Assembly: GCA_030637025.1 (NCBI GenBank)
Contig: DAOVVV010000006.1
Location: 1-64,000, forward strand
Source of the DNA: Clostridia bacterium
GTDB lineage: Bacteria; CBDUZB01; JAGLHV01
Reading direction: 5' to 3'
Length of the DNA stretch: 64,000 nt
Under the pieces are notes generated by a model. That model had not been told where the DNA came from, ran no database searches, and was given only the letters and a program-made list of their open reading frames with translations. This document shows, one piece after another, positions 37,300 to 48,053 of this stretch; position 1 is the first letter of the stretch; every line of letters starts with the position of its first letter. Position numbers and translations under genes: made by a program.

Positions 37300-38184
37300 A
37301 TGATAAATCAAACAGTGAGAGTTACCAGTTTTGCAGATATTGATTTTTTTAAAAGAGGAAAAGTAAGAGATATTTATGACCTTGGAGATAGTCTTTTAAT
37401 TGTTTCTACAGATAGAATATCTTGTTTTGATGTGGTGTTGCCGACAAATATTCCCCGCAAGGGAGAAGTTTTAACCCGGCTTTCCGTCTTTTGGTTTGAA
37501 TTTACCGGGGATATTATTTCCAATCATATGATTACCGTTGATGTGAATAAATTTCCCAGAGAATTATGGAAGTATAAAGATGTCCTGGAAGGGAGGTCAA
37601 TGCTGGTAAAAAAAGCAAAACCTATGCCTGTTGAATGTGTGGTTAGAGGGTATCTTGCCGGTTCGGGATGGAAAGAATATCAGGAAACGCAATCTGTATG
37701 TGGAGTCAAATTACCGGAAGGGTTAAAGGAAGCAGACAAATTACCCGAACCCATTTTTACGCCTGCAACAAAAGAAGATACAGGGCATGATATTAATGTA
37801 TCCTATGAGCATATAGAAAAAAACCTTGGAAAGGATCTTTCCTCAAAACTGAAAGAAGTAAGCATTGCCCTTTACAGAAAAGCCAGCGTTTACGCAGAGA
37901 CCAAGGGTATAATTATTGCCGATACAAAATTTGAATTTGGCCTGATAGACGAAAAACCGGTATTAATAGATGAATTGTTTACGCCTGATTCGTCCCGTTT
38001 TTGGCCAAAGAAGGAGTACTTGCCCGGCAGGAGTCAGCCGAGTTTTGATAAGCAATTCGTGCGGAATTATCTCGAGACTCTGAATTGGGACAAAAAACCG
38101 CCTGCCCCGGAGTTGCCGGAAGAAATAGTGTTGAAGACAAGTGAAAAATATCAGCAGGCTCTCAAGCTAATTACAGAAAGATAA
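37300..38184 (+). CDS. purC: Phosphoribosylaminoimidazole-succinocarboxamide synthase
   Basis: GKVRDIY, TDRIS.FD, ECVVRGY..GSGW, ADTKFEFG, TPDSSRFW, FDKQ. Confidence 0.96.
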   Translation: MINQTVRVTSFADIDFFKRGKVRDIYDLGDSLLIVSTDRISCFDVVLPTNIPRKGEVLTRLSVFWFEFTGDIISNHMITVDVNKFPRELWKYKDVLEGRSMLVKKAKPMPVECVVRGYLAGSGWKEYQETQSVCGVKLPEGLKEADKLPEPIFTPATKEDTGHDINVSYEHIEKNLGKDLSSKLKEVSIALYRKASVYAETKGIIIADTKFEFGLIDEKPVLIDELFTPDSSRFWPKKEYLPGRSQPSFDKQFVRNYLETLNWDKKPPAPELPEEIVLKTSEKYQQALKLITER

Positions 38185-38260
38185 TTTTTAGGAAAAATTA
38201 GGTAATTTATTAAGGATTTAAAAAATATTGTTTTATTCGCGGAGATAAGAAAAAATTAAA

Positions 38261-38797
38261 ATGAATAGAGACAATCCCAAAGGAGAGCAAGTACAGATAG
38301 ATAATACCGCTTATGTTCATTCTACAGCAGTAATTATGGGCAAAGTTAATATAGGGAAGAATGTATTTGTGGGTCCTTTGGCGGTTATCAGAGCGGATGA
38401 ACCGGGAAGTTCAATAACGATTAAAGATAATAGTAATATTCAAGACAGAGTAATAATTCATGCTTTAGAAAACACTGCTGTTTTAATAGAAGAAAATACC
38501 TCTTTAGCTCATGGCTGTATAGTGCATGGACCTTGTAAAATCGGTAAAGAATGTTTTATTGGGTTTGGTTCTGTGGTCTTTAATGCGGAAATGGGTGAGG
38601 GGGTAATAATAAAGCATTTGGCAGTAGTAGAAGGGGTGAATATTCTTCCTGAAAGAGTAGTGGAATCCTCTCGGGCAGTTAACAATGAAGATGAAATAAG
38701 AAAATTGGTACGTGTGGATGAAAGCTTAAGGAATTTTGCGAGAAAAGTTGTTAAAATGAATTCATATTTAGTGAAGAACTATAAAAATAAAACATAA
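38261..38797 (+). CDS. Gamma-class carbonic anhydrase
   Basis: Hexapeptide repeats; IRADE, NIQD..IIH, LAH.CIVHGPC (three His ligands). Confidence 0.85.
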   Translation: MNRDNPKGEQVQIDNTAYVHSTAVIMGKVNIGKNVFVGPLAVIRADEPGSSITIKDNSNIQDRVIIHALENTAVLIEENTSLAHGCIVHGPCKIGKECFIGFGSVVFNAEMGEGVIIKHLAVVEGVNILPERVVESSRAVNNEDEIRKLVRVDESLRNFARKVVKMNSYLVKNYKNKT

Positions 38798-39257
38798 AAA
38801 ATACACAATTCTCTCCTCATCATTCTTATAATTTATAACTTCCGGATTTAATAATCCTATTTAATTTGAAGAAAGAAAAAAACAGGGAGATAGGGATTCT
38901 ATCTGGTTGTTTTAAATTTCATAATAAGATTAGTGCAAATGCTGCCGGAGAATCTCTCACGATTGCTATAACAAAAAATCCGACATTATATTAGCCTTGA
39001 CAAGGAAGCGAATATGCGACATAATCGCTTTATATAAAGAAGCGAAAAGATTGTATGGAATTTAAAAAAAGAGCATCCTCTTAAATGGCAAAGCGTTTCC
39101 TACGAACTGATTTTTCCCTATATTGACTGAACGGCGGATAGAACAATATTATTGGGTTTATTTACAGTATTGTCATCTTTCATTTTTGCAGAGATTAGTA
39201 TAGCATACAAGGGAGTTATATTTTATTTTCAGTTCTTCTTACAAAGGAAAGAGAAAA

Positions 39258-40079
39258 ATGCAATTCATTGACTTGAGTTCAACAATTAGTAATCAAACAA
39301 TAGAACCTGTTTCACCAAAGATTAAATATGTAAACCACAAAAAGGGGGGGACACTTTTAGGTTTAGCAAGTCTCTTATCAAAAAAGTCTTTTTTATATAC
39401 TTTAAGAAACTTCATCTTTTATTGTTTCGGGATAAATAGAGTAAGAGCAGGGGATTTTCCCGATGGTATGGGCCTGGCCTGGGAAGATATAAAATTGGGA
39501 ACGCATACAGGGACCCATCTTGATGCGCCCTGGCACTTCGGTCCGTCTTGCAATGGTAAATCTGCTAAAACGATAGATGAAGTACCGCTTGAGTGGTGTT
39601 ATGGGGATGGTGTTGTTTTGGATTTGAGGCATAAACGACCCGGGAGTTTGATAACAAAGGAAGATATTCAGTTAGCATTGCAAAATATAAATTATGATAT
39701 AAAAAAGGGAGATATCGTACTTATAATGACTGGTGCAAGAAGATATGCACAGGATGAAAAGTATCTGCTTGCTCATCCGGGAATGAGTAAAGAAGCGGTA
39801 TTGTGGCTTGTAGAAAAAGGAATAAAAATAATTGGAACTGATGGGTGGGGATTTGACCGTTCTTTCAGACGTATGGTAAGGGAATATTCTAAAACAAAAG
39901 AGAATAAAAATTTATGGCCGGCACATTTAGCAGGACGAGAAAAAGAGTATTGCCATATTGAAACAATGGCTAATCTTGATAAGATTCCTAAAGCTTATGG
40001 TTTTAAAATAATATGTTTCCCTATAAAACTCAAAGCTGCAAGTGCTGCGTGGATAAGGCCTGTGGCAGTTATTGAGTAA
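39258..40079 (+). CDS. Cyclase/kynurenine formamidase family metal hydrolase
   Basis: HTGTHLDAPWH, IGTD.WGFD, HIE.MANL, FPIK. Confidence 0.88.
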   Translation: MQFIDLSSTISNQTIEPVSPKIKYVNHKKGGTLLGLASLLSKKSFLYTLRNFIFYCFGINRVRAGDFPDGMGLAWEDIKLGTHTGTHLDAPWHFGPSCNGKSAKTIDEVPLEWCYGDGVVLDLRHKRPGSLITKEDIQLALQNINYDIKKGDIVLIMTGARRYAQDEKYLLAHPGMSKEAVLWLVEKGIKIIGTDGWGFDRSFRRMVREYSKTKENKNLWPAHLAGREKEYCHIETMANLDKIPKAYGFKIICFPIKLKAASAAWIRPVAVIE

Positions 40080-40115
40080 AGAAAAGGTGGGATTTTGTGT
40101 AAGGAATATGGTAAA

Positions 40116-40754
40116 ATGATTTCAAAGAAGATTGCAAAGACAATTTTAAATACTTTAAAATTAAAATATCCTAAAAGACGGCCGACTCTTAATTATAAAT
40201 CAGCTATTCAATTATTAGTTGCAACTATTCTTGCGGCACAGTGTACTGATAAAAGGGTTAATAAGATAACGAAGAAGTTATTTTTAAAATATAAAACAGT
40301 TAAAGATTATTCAAAGGCTGATGTAGATGAATTGGAGATAGAGATAAAAAGTTCAGGATTTTATAAAAATAAAGCAAAAAACATTATAAGTGCAGCAAAG
40401 GATATAAAGAATAAATTTAATTCTAAAGTTCCCGATACAATGGATGAGTTGCTTACATTATCAGGGGTTGGAAGAAAAACAGCTAATATTATTTTAACTC
40501 ATATTCATAAAAAGAATGAAGGAATTGCAGTTGATACACATGTAAAACGTTTGTCGTTTCGCATTGGATTAACTACTAATAAAACTCCGGAAAAAATAGA
40601 AAAAGATTTAATGAAAATTTATGAGATAAAAGAATGGAAGACAATAAATAGTGTTTTGGTGCGCCATGGAAGAACAACATGTAAAGCTATAAATCCAATT
40701 TGTAACAAGTGTATTATAAATCAAGATTGTAAATATAAATTAAAAGGAATTTAA
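40116..40754 (+). CDS. nth: Endonuclease III
   Basis: LLVATIL.AQCTD, GVGRKTAN HhH, VDTHV, C-x6-C-x2-C-x5-C. Confidence 0.95.
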   Translation: MISKKIAKTILNTLKLKYPKRRPTLNYKSAIQLLVATILAAQCTDKRVNKITKKLFLKYKTVKDYSKADVDELEIEIKSSGFYKNKAKNIISAAKDIKNKFNSKVPDTMDELLTLSGVGRKTANIILTHIHKKNEGIAVDTHVKRLSFRIGLTTNKTPEKIEKDLMKIYEIKEWKTINSVLVRHGRTTCKAINPICNKCIINQDCKYKLKGI

Positions 40755-40757
40755 GAT

Positions 40758-41579
40758 ATGAACATAGGGGCTCATTTATCCGTTGCCAAAGGTTTTGCTC
40801 TTATGGGAGAGACAGCGGTGAGCATAGGAGCAAATACTTTTCAGTTTTTTTCCAGAAATCCACGGGGAAGCAAATCTGTAGAAATTGAAAAAAAAGATGT
40901 GGATGAATTAATTAAAATAATGAATAAGAATAAATTTGCAGCAATTTTAGCGCATGCTCCATATACTATTAATGCTTGTTCGGATAAACAGAATGTTAGA
41001 GATTTTGCTAAAATCATGTTTAGAGAAGATCTTGAAAAATTAGAAAAATTACCTTGTAAATTATATGTTTTTCATCCTGGGAATCATATGAAACAGGGAG
41101 AAGAAGTTGCAATACAATATCTAATTGATGCTTTAAATGATGTTTTAAACCCGGAATACACAACTATGTTTTTATTAGAAACAATGTCGGGAAAAGGGAC
41201 TGAAATAGGAAAAACATTTAAAGAGTTAAAGAAAATAATAAATGGGGTAAAATTAAAAGAAAAAATAGGGGTTTGTTTAGACACCTGTCATGTTTACTCG
41301 GCAGGATATGATATAGTCAATAATTTAAATAAAGTTATTGATGAGTTTGATAGCATAATAGGGTTAAACAGATTAAAAGCTGTTCATTTAAATGATAGTT
41401 TAACGGAATTTGCCAGTCATAAAGACAGACATGCCTGTATAGGAAAAGGATATATTGGTTTAGATGCAATGAGGAAGGTAATTATGCATCCAAAATTAAA
41501 AAAACTCCCGTTTTTTCTGGAAACGCCTACTGATTTGAAGGGATATGCTAAAGAAATAGAATTGTTAACCAAATTTTGA
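40758..41579 (+). CDS. nfo: Endonuclease IV
   Basis: IGAH.S, HAPY, HPG, ETMSGKG, DTCH, HLNDS, DRH, ETP. Confidence 0.95.
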   Translation: MNIGAHLSVAKGFALMGETAVSIGANTFQFFSRNPRGSKSVEIEKKDVDELIKIMNKNKFAAILAHAPYTINACSDKQNVRDFAKIMFREDLEKLEKLPCKLYVFHPGNHMKQGEEVAIQYLIDALNDVLNPEYTTMFLLETMSGKGTEIGKTFKELKKIINGVKLKEKIGVCLDTCHVYSAGYDIVNNLNKVIDEFDSIIGLNRLKAVHLNDSLTEFASHKDRHACIGKGYIGLDAMRKVIMHPKLKKLPFFLETPTDLKGYAKEIELLTKF

Positions 41580-41644
41580 GCTAATCAGGGACTTTGCTTA
41601 AGCACTGATAAGAGACATATGGGGGTTTTTATGGAGGATCCAGA

Positions 41645-42967
41645 ATGAAAAAGCTTATTGTTTTTTATTTGGTATTTGTTTTTTTGGGATTGAGTTTCGG
41701 GATTTGCCAGGCTGCCTGGGTTGATAATGTAAATAAAACAAAACTTTCTAATGGATTGACCATTATTACCAGGGAAGACCATTCTTTACCTATAGTCGCT
41801 ATCCAGGTGTGGATTAGGGCCGGTTCAATTAACGAAGATAAATATAATAATGGAGTCTCTCATTTTATTGAACATATGCTGTTTAAGGGAACAAGCCGGC
41901 GAGAGGCAGGAGAAGTAGGGAAAGAGATTGCGATAAGAGGGGGAAATATTAATGCCGGTACGGCTAAAGATTTTACCTATTATCATATAGTGATACCCAG
42001 TGAGCATTTTAAAATATCCCTGGATATTCTTGGGGACATTTTAACCAATGCTACTTTTCCCCGGGAGGAACTGGAGAGAGAACGGTTAGTAGTTTTGGAG
42101 GAGATTAAACGGAGCTATGACAATCCATCTTCGCACCTGTGGAATTTGTTAAATGAAACACTTTATATTTCCAGTCCATATAGATTTAGAGTACTTGGCA
42201 ATGAAGAAGGCATCAAAAATATGAACAGGAAGACTCTCTTCGAATATTATCAAAAATTTTATGTGCCTTCGAATATGTGTATAACTGTTGTCGGTGATTT
42301 TAAAACTAAAAAAATTATTCGCGACATAAAAAAAACATTTAATGTTCGGCATTCTTCTTTTTCCAAAGAGAAAACAGCAAGGGAAAACTACATTCCAATA
42401 AATATCCAGAGCAAAAAACAAGAAATTGAAATTAAAAAAAAGATTAAGCAGACATACTTAAATATAGGCTTTCTTGGTCCCGACATAAAAAGCAAAGATC
42501 AATATGCTATGGACCTATTAGCATATATTTTGGGAAAAGGACGGAGTTCCCGATTGTATAGACAATTAAGGGAAAAGAAAAAACTGGTCTGGAACATTGA
42601 GTCCGGTTTTTTAACGCAGAAAGGACAGGGGCCGTTTGTTGTTTCTGCCTTTTGTGAATTTACAAAAATTCAGAAGGTACGGGATGAAGTTTTAGGCGAA
42701 ATAGCTAAAATAAAAGATGGAGCTCTTGGTGAAAAAGAATTAAACAAGGCTAAAATAATGCTTGAGAGTGATTATTTTTTTAATAATGAAACTTTTGCTA
42801 ACCAGGCGTTTAGTTTGGGGTATTATGAGACACTTGATACTTGTGAATTTCTACAATCATATCTTGAACAAATAACCAAAATAACTATTGCCGATATTGT
42901 GGAAGTTGCCAATAAGTATTTAGATTTGAATAAGTATACCCTGGTAGTTATTAGGCCGGATGAATGA
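41645..42967 (+). CDS. M16 family zinc peptidase, active subunit, with signal peptide
   Basis: HFIEH inverzincin motif; ERLVVLEEI. Confidence 0.92.
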   Translation: MKKLIVFYLVFVFLGLSFGICQAAWVDNVNKTKLSNGLTIITREDHSLPIVAIQVWIRAGSINEDKYNNGVSHFIEHMLFKGTSRREAGEVGKEIAIRGGNINAGTAKDFTYYHIVIPSEHFKISLDILGDILTNATFPREELERERLVVLEEIKRSYDNPSSHLWNLLNETLYISSPYRFRVLGNEEGIKNMNRKTLFEYYQKFYVPSNMCITVVGDFKTKKIIRDIKKTFNVRHSSFSKEKTARENYIPINIQSKKQEIEIKKKIKQTYLNIGFLGPDIKSKDQYAMDLLAYILGKGRSSRLYRQLREKKKLVWNIESGFLTQKGQGPFVVSAFCEFTKIQKVRDEVLGEIAKIKDGALGEKELNKAKIMLESDYFFNNETFANQAFSLGYYETLDTCEFLQSYLEQITKITIADIVEVANKYLDLNKYTLVVIRPDE

Positions 42968-43047
42968 GGCAAAAAAGCATATAAATTTTAAAATAGAAGT
43001 AAAACAATCTTTTTAGACGGGATAAACTTAAATAAAAAGGGGAAATT

Positions 43048-44364
43048 ATGTATAGAGGCGTGTTTTGTATTATATCTGTCCTGATTATTAACTTATTTAA
43101 TTTTACCCATTGTGTCTATGCCGCGGGGAAGGTCAGGAAAATAGTTTTCAACAATGGTTTAACATTATTACATAAAGAAAGTAAAACAAATGATATTGTT
43201 GCTATGAATTTATTTATCAAAGCAGGCAGTTGGTATGAAAAGGATTCTAATTCCGGTATTACTAATTTAGTTCAACAAATGTTATTGAAGGGCACCATTA
43301 CCCGTACGGCTGAAGATATTGCTTACCAGATGGATTCTATGGGCGGTATAATCGATACCCGGACCAGTGAGGATTATGCAGAAATTTACACAATTGTTAC
43401 CAAGAGACATTTTGAAAAAGGTTTTGAGATTTTATTTGATGTGGTTGAAAATGCCATTTTTCCTAATAAGGAAATAGAAAAGGAAAAAAATATTATCCTT
43501 TCTCAAATCAAGGCCAAGGAAGATAACATTTTCGATTGTAGCCATGATTTATTAAACAAGACACTTTATGGGTCACATCCTTATGGGAAACCTGTTTTAG
43601 GAACAAAAGAAACAGTTAAATTGTTCAACCGGGAGGTAGTGGTTGATTTTCATAAAAAGTTTTATACACCGGATAATATGGTTCTGGTAATAGTGGGAAA
43701 TGTAGCCAAAAAAAAAGCGGTGAAAAAAGTCAAAAAAATCTTTTCCGGACTATATACCAAATCTACCGGTAAAAAGGAAGTAATTGCAAAATTGCCCGGG
43801 AGAGATTTGCCTTGCGAAAAATCCCTGATTAGACAATTCAGACAGGCGTATATAATGTTAGGATATATTAGTCCGGGTGTTCGGGATAAAAATTATGTAG
43901 TGCTGAAGGTAATCAATACCCTTTTGGGCAGGGGAATGAATTCAAGGCTTTTTACCAATCTCAGAGATAAAGAAGGTTTGGCTTATGAGATTGGATCTTT
44001 TTATCCCACAAGGAAAAATGCAAGCAGGTTCGTTATATATGCTGGTTTGGATGAAAAAAATCTGGTTAGTATTAAAGAAAAGATTTTAGAAGAGATAGAA
44101 CAATTAAAGAAAGGATTAATTTCGGTGGAAGAATTAGAAGGAGCTAAGAATTATCTTAAAGGTTCTTTTATTATTGACCACCAGACAAATAAGAAACAAG
44201 CCTGGTTTTTAGGCTGGTTTGAATTACTGGGAATAAGTTATAATTATGACAGGCGTTATTTACGACAGATAGAAAAAGTGACCAGTAGGGATATAAAAGA
44301 GGTTGCGAATAGTTATTTTAAGGATAATAACTGGGTAATGATACAACTTAAACCTGAGAAATAG
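43048..44364 (+). CDS. M16 family peptidase, non-catalytic partner subunit, with signal peptide
   Basis: HxxEH replaced by NLVQQ; SRLF..LRDKEGLAY retained. Confidence 0.88.
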   Translation: MYRGVFCIISVLIINLFNFTHCVYAAGKVRKIVFNNGLTLLHKESKTNDIVAMNLFIKAGSWYEKDSNSGITNLVQQMLLKGTITRTAEDIAYQMDSMGGIIDTRTSEDYAEIYTIVTKRHFEKGFEILFDVVENAIFPNKEIEKEKNIILSQIKAKEDNIFDCSHDLLNKTLYGSHPYGKPVLGTKETVKLFNREVVVDFHKKFYTPDNMVLVIVGNVAKKKAVKKVKKIFSGLYTKSTGKKEVIAKLPGRDLPCEKSLIRQFRQAYIMLGYISPGVRDKNYVVLKVINTLLGRGMNSRLFTNLRDKEGLAYEIGSFYPTRKNASRFVIYAGLDEKNLVSIKEKILEEIEQLKKGLISVEELEGAKNYLKGSFIIDHQTNKKQAWFLGWFELLGISYNYDRRYLRQIEKVTSRDIKEVANSYFKDNNWVMIQLKPEK

Positions 44365-44641
44365 ATATACTTTTTATAGGCTGAAAACAGAAAAGATAAT
44401 AAACCAGCTGGTATTACTGATTCTAAATAAGTTAGTGTCAAAAATTAGATTAAAGAAATGGTAAATAATTTCCCCCTTTTAGGGGTATTTTGTGTTGCAC
44501 ACATAGCGCATTCTTTAAAAAAAGGGGGAGGATGACGAGAACACAAAACTAAACAAATATTTTCGTTACTAAATTATACAAATTATAAACTAAATGTCAG
44601 ATGTTTTTGACAGTACCCTAAATAATAAAAGGAGAATTAAA

Positions 44642-45184
44642 ATGAAAACAATAAAAAAGGCAGTAATTGTTGTAGGGTGTGCAGTTGTATTAATTATTGT
44701 TGTCGCGATTGGCTATAAGATAATGTTTTCTCAGGGAACAGCCGAAACAGTAGAAGTTAATTCGTCCGAATTAGATACAAAAGTGCTGATTGCTACGCAA
44801 GAAAGTGAGTTTAAGAATGCTTTAGTATCAGGCATTATCGAAAATCTCAAAAAACAACCCATTTACATTAAAGTAATCGATGTTTCCGGACTTGCTGAAG
44901 TTAAAGAGGATAGATGGCAGGCTATAGTGATTATTAATACCTGTGAAATGTACAAAATGCAGTCGGATGTAAGACACTATCTTTCCCAAGCGGAGGAACC
45001 GGATAAAGTGGTTCTCCTTACTACCTCCGGACCCGGGGATTGGAAGCCAAAAGATTCTTCTGTCGATTCTATTTCTTCTGCATCGAAAATGACTCAGGTG
45101 GATTCTTTGGTTGTGCATGTTTTGGACAGGCTGAATAGAATATTAGGAGACCTTTCCCAGGAAAATTTATTAGGACAGGAATAG
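44642..45184 (+). CDS. Membrane-anchored hypothetical protein (possible flavodoxin-like fold)
   Basis: RBS AGGAG; N-terminal TM; KVLIATQ.SEFK, VVLLTTSG.G.W. Confidence 0.65.
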   Translation: MKTIKKAVIVVGCAVVLIIVVAIGYKIMFSQGTAETVEVNSSELDTKVLIATQESEFKNALVSGIIENLKKQPIYIKVIDVSGLAEVKEDRWQAIVIINTCEMYKMQSDVRHYLSQAEEPDKVVLLTTSGPGDWKPKDSSVDSISSASKMTQVDSLVVHVLDRLNRILGDLSQENLLGQE

Positions 45185-45250
45185 GGGTGGCGGTTACTGT
45201 TATTGGGTTTTGGATTTCCAAAGATGGGGTGGTAGAAGGTTTTTAAAGTT

Positions 45251-45664
45251 ATGCAAATAATAAATAAAAAAAAATTAATTTTCATTTTGTTGTTTTTAAT
45301 ATGTATCCCTGCTTGTTCCAGAGTAAATACCCGTTTATTTGAAGTTAATATCATTAATCCCATTCCCGAATCAGTAAAAAACATCCATATAGTAAAAGAT
45401 AGATCATCTATGCACGGTGTATTATATATTAATTTTGAAGTAAACAGAAAAGATCTAAATCTAATTATTACAAAAAATAACCTAAAAAAAGTAAATCAAA
45501 TTCCCACGATTATACAGCAGGTTTTCAAAAATAATCCATGGGGTAAAACTTTAGGAACTGCTATGAAAGATGAAATATTCGGCAAGATAATAAGGGGCAA
45601 ATACGAATGGCATGCTTTTTACCTCTTTGTTGATAATAATGAGGTATATTGCATTAAAAATTAA
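45251..45664 (+). CDS. Hypothetical lipoprotein
   Basis: Lipobox-like CIPAC-S after a hydrophobic stretch. Confidence 0.6.
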   Translation: MQIINKKKLIFILLFLICIPACSRVNTRLFEVNIINPIPESVKNIHIVKDRSSMHGVLYINFEVNRKDLNLIITKNNLKKVNQIPTIIQQVFKNNPWGKTLGTAMKDEIFGKIIRGKYEWHAFYLFVDNNEVYCIKN

Positions 45665-45852
45665 AATATAACCAAGCGTACAGTTATTAAATAGTTTGAT
45701 GGTTAAGCAGAGAAAAAAATAAAAGACTGTATACTCAGGAGATTGCTAGAAGAAGCGTTTTTATGCTTGCATTTAGAAAGAAAATTCGGTAAGATTAAAA
45801 GTGTAATTTGGTGAAATTTTAAAGTAAAATTTATTTAAGAAAGGAGAAAAAA

Positions 45853-46143
45853 ATGGGATCATTTAAAGATTTGTTTAACCTGGGGTTAGGGACGGTGATT
45901 ATGACAAAGGAGAAAGCAGAAGAAGTAGTAAAGGAATTAGTTAAAAAGGGCGAGGTTGGTAAGGAAGAAGGAAAAGGAATGGTAGCGGAATTGATTAAAA
46001 AAGGGAAAAAAAGCAAGAAGGAATTAGAGAATCAAATAGAACAAACGGTTAAAGGAGTTGTAGGAAAATTAAATATAGCTACCCGTAAAGAAGTTGAAGA
46101 GCTTAAAAAAGAAATTAAACAATTAAAGAAAAAGATTAAGTAA
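45853..46143 (+). CDS. Phasin-like polyhydroxyalkanoate granule-associated family protein
   Basis: GLG....TKEKAEE.V.ELVKKGE, ATR.EVE.L; typical partner of the ubiB-like gene. Confidence 0.75.
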   Translation: MGSFKDLFNLGLGTVIMTKEKAEEVVKELVKKGEVGKEEGKGMVAELIKKGKKSKKELENQIEQTVKGVVGKLNIATRKEVEELKKEIKQLKKKIK

Positions 46144-46182
46144 AAAAATAAGCTTAAAAATGATATAACAAAAGGATTTTAA

Positions 46183-47871
46183 TTGATCACTAAAAATATT
46201 ATCCGGAAGATACGAAATATAAAAAGGCTACAGCAAATTTTACAGATTTTAGGCAAGTACGGGTTTGGGTATATTATTGATCGGTTAAATATAGAACGCA
46301 ATCTTATTGGTAGAAAGTTGATTAATTTGGCTGCTACTAAAAAAATAGATTTGTTTGATATACCTGTACCGGTAAGAATGCGAAAAATGCTGGAAGAACT
46401 AGGTCCCACCTTTATTAAATTCGGCCAGATGTTAAGTACCCGTCCGGATTTAATTCCTCTGGAATTTTGTAAAGAATTGGAAAAATTGCAGGATAAAGTT
46501 CCTCCTTTTCCCTATGAAAAAGTAGAAAAGCAAATCATGGAAGAACTTAAAAGTCCTATTGACCGAATATTCAGTAGTTTTTCTTTATCCCCTATTGCCG
46601 CCGCTTCATTATCTCAGGTACATTTAGCTCAATTAGAAACAGGAGAAAAACTGGTAGTAAAGGTACAAAGGCCGGAGATAAAAAAAACAATTACCGCCGA
46701 TTTAAATATTTTAAATGTCCTGGCTCAATTAATTGAAAAACATATTGAAGAAAGCAGGCTTTATAATCCTATAGAAATGGTTGATGAGTTTAAAAAAGCG
46801 ATTTTAAGAGAAATAGATTTTAAAATAGAAGCCAGAAATATTGAGAAATTCCGGAGGAATTTTAAAGATGATGAGCGAGTATATATTCCCGAAGTAATGA
46901 ATGATTTATCCTCTAAGAAAATTTTAACGATGGAGCAGATAGAAGGAATAAAAGTAAATAATATAGAAGAAATTCTTGAAGCCGGGCTGGACAGGAAACA
47001 GATAGCTATCAATGGAACCGATATTATCTTAAAGCAAATTTTTACCCATGGTTTTTTTCACGCAGACCCGCATCCCGGGAATATTTTTATTTTAAAAGAT
47101 AAACGGATTGTTTTTTTAGATTTTGGTATGGTCGGCCGTATTGACGAGGAAACAAAAAGTCAGATTTCTAATATTTTAAGTGCAGTAATTCAACAGGATG
47201 TATCAGCAATAATAGAAAATTTTGTTTCTATGGGAACGATAGAAGAAGAAACTGATTTTAAAAAATTAAAGTTAGATTTAACTGACTTACTGGAAAGTTA
47301 TTACGAAGTTCCCTTAAAAGAATTGCAAATGAATCAGTTCCTTCCCGACATAATGAATGTTATTTCTCAAAACAGAATTAAGATTCCCCCTGATTTATTT
47401 CTGCTCAGCAAGGCGCTAATGACCATAGAAGGCGTAGGAAAAACATTATATCCGGATTTTAATGCGACAACCCAGGCTAAACCCTTTGTGAAAGAATTAG
47501 CAGGACAAAAGTATCAGCCCAAAACAATAGCCCGGGAAATAAAAAACTCGGCTAAAGAATTATATAAGTTTACCAAAATTTTACCCAAAGATTTAACTTT
47601 AATTTTTAGTAAGATAAAAAAAGGAAGATTAAAAATAGAATTTGAACACAAAGGCCTGGAAAGTTTAATTTCCGAGATGGATAGAGTTAGCAATCGCATT
47701 ACTTTTAGTGTGGTTATTGCCGCTTTAATTGTGGGTTCTTCTATAGTTATTCAGGCGGACAAAGGCCCATTGCTGTTTGATTTTCCCGTTTTAGGGGTGA
47801 TTGGGTTTGTTATTGCCGGGGTAATGGCTTTGTGGCTGGCTATTGCTATTTTGCGTTCAGGAAAACTATAA
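46183..47871 (+). CDS. UbiB/ABC1 family atypical kinase
   Basis: LGPTFIKFGQ, AAASLSQVH, VKVQRP, FHADPHPGN, LDFGMVG. Confidence 0.93.
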   Translation: MITKNIIRKIRNIKRLQQILQILGKYGFGYIIDRLNIERNLIGRKLINLAATKKIDLFDIPVPVRMRKMLEELGPTFIKFGQMLSTRPDLIPLEFCKELEKLQDKVPPFPYEKVEKQIMEELKSPIDRIFSSFSLSPIAAASLSQVHLAQLETGEKLVVKVQRPEIKKTITADLNILNVLAQLIEKHIEESRLYNPIEMVDEFKKAILREIDFKIEARNIEKFRRNFKDDERVYIPEVMNDLSSKKILTMEQIEGIKVNNIEEILEAGLDRKQIAINGTDIILKQIFTHGFFHADPHPGNIFILKDKRIVFLDFGMVGRIDEETKSQISNILSAVIQQDVSAIIENFVSMGTIEEETDFKKLKLDLTDLLESYYEVPLKELQMNQFLPDIMNVISQNRIKIPPDLFLLSKALMTIEGVGKTLYPDFNATTQAKPFVKELAGQKYQPKTIAREIKNSAKELYKFTKILPKDLTLIFSKIKKGRLKIEFEHKGLESLISEMDRVSNRITFSVVIAALIVGSSIVIQADKGPLLFDFPVLGVIGFVIAGVMALWLAIAILRSGKL

Positions 47872-48053
47872 GAGCAATAACTTCAAAAGAATATAAATTC
47901 GAAACTACAGAAGTCCTGGTCAAACAATTAAAATACGACTCCGCATAGCTAAGAAGACCCTACAGAATCGTTAAGAATATAGGAACTGAAATAATTTATT
48001 TTTTGTTCAAGAAAATATAGTCTTTAACTTTTTATTTTAGGAGGTTAATTTTT

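Noticed and set aside
43048-44364. Second M16 gene as a pseudogene
   Set aside because: Loss of HxxEH with a retained R/Y pair is the normal non-catalytic subunit of M16B heterodimers.
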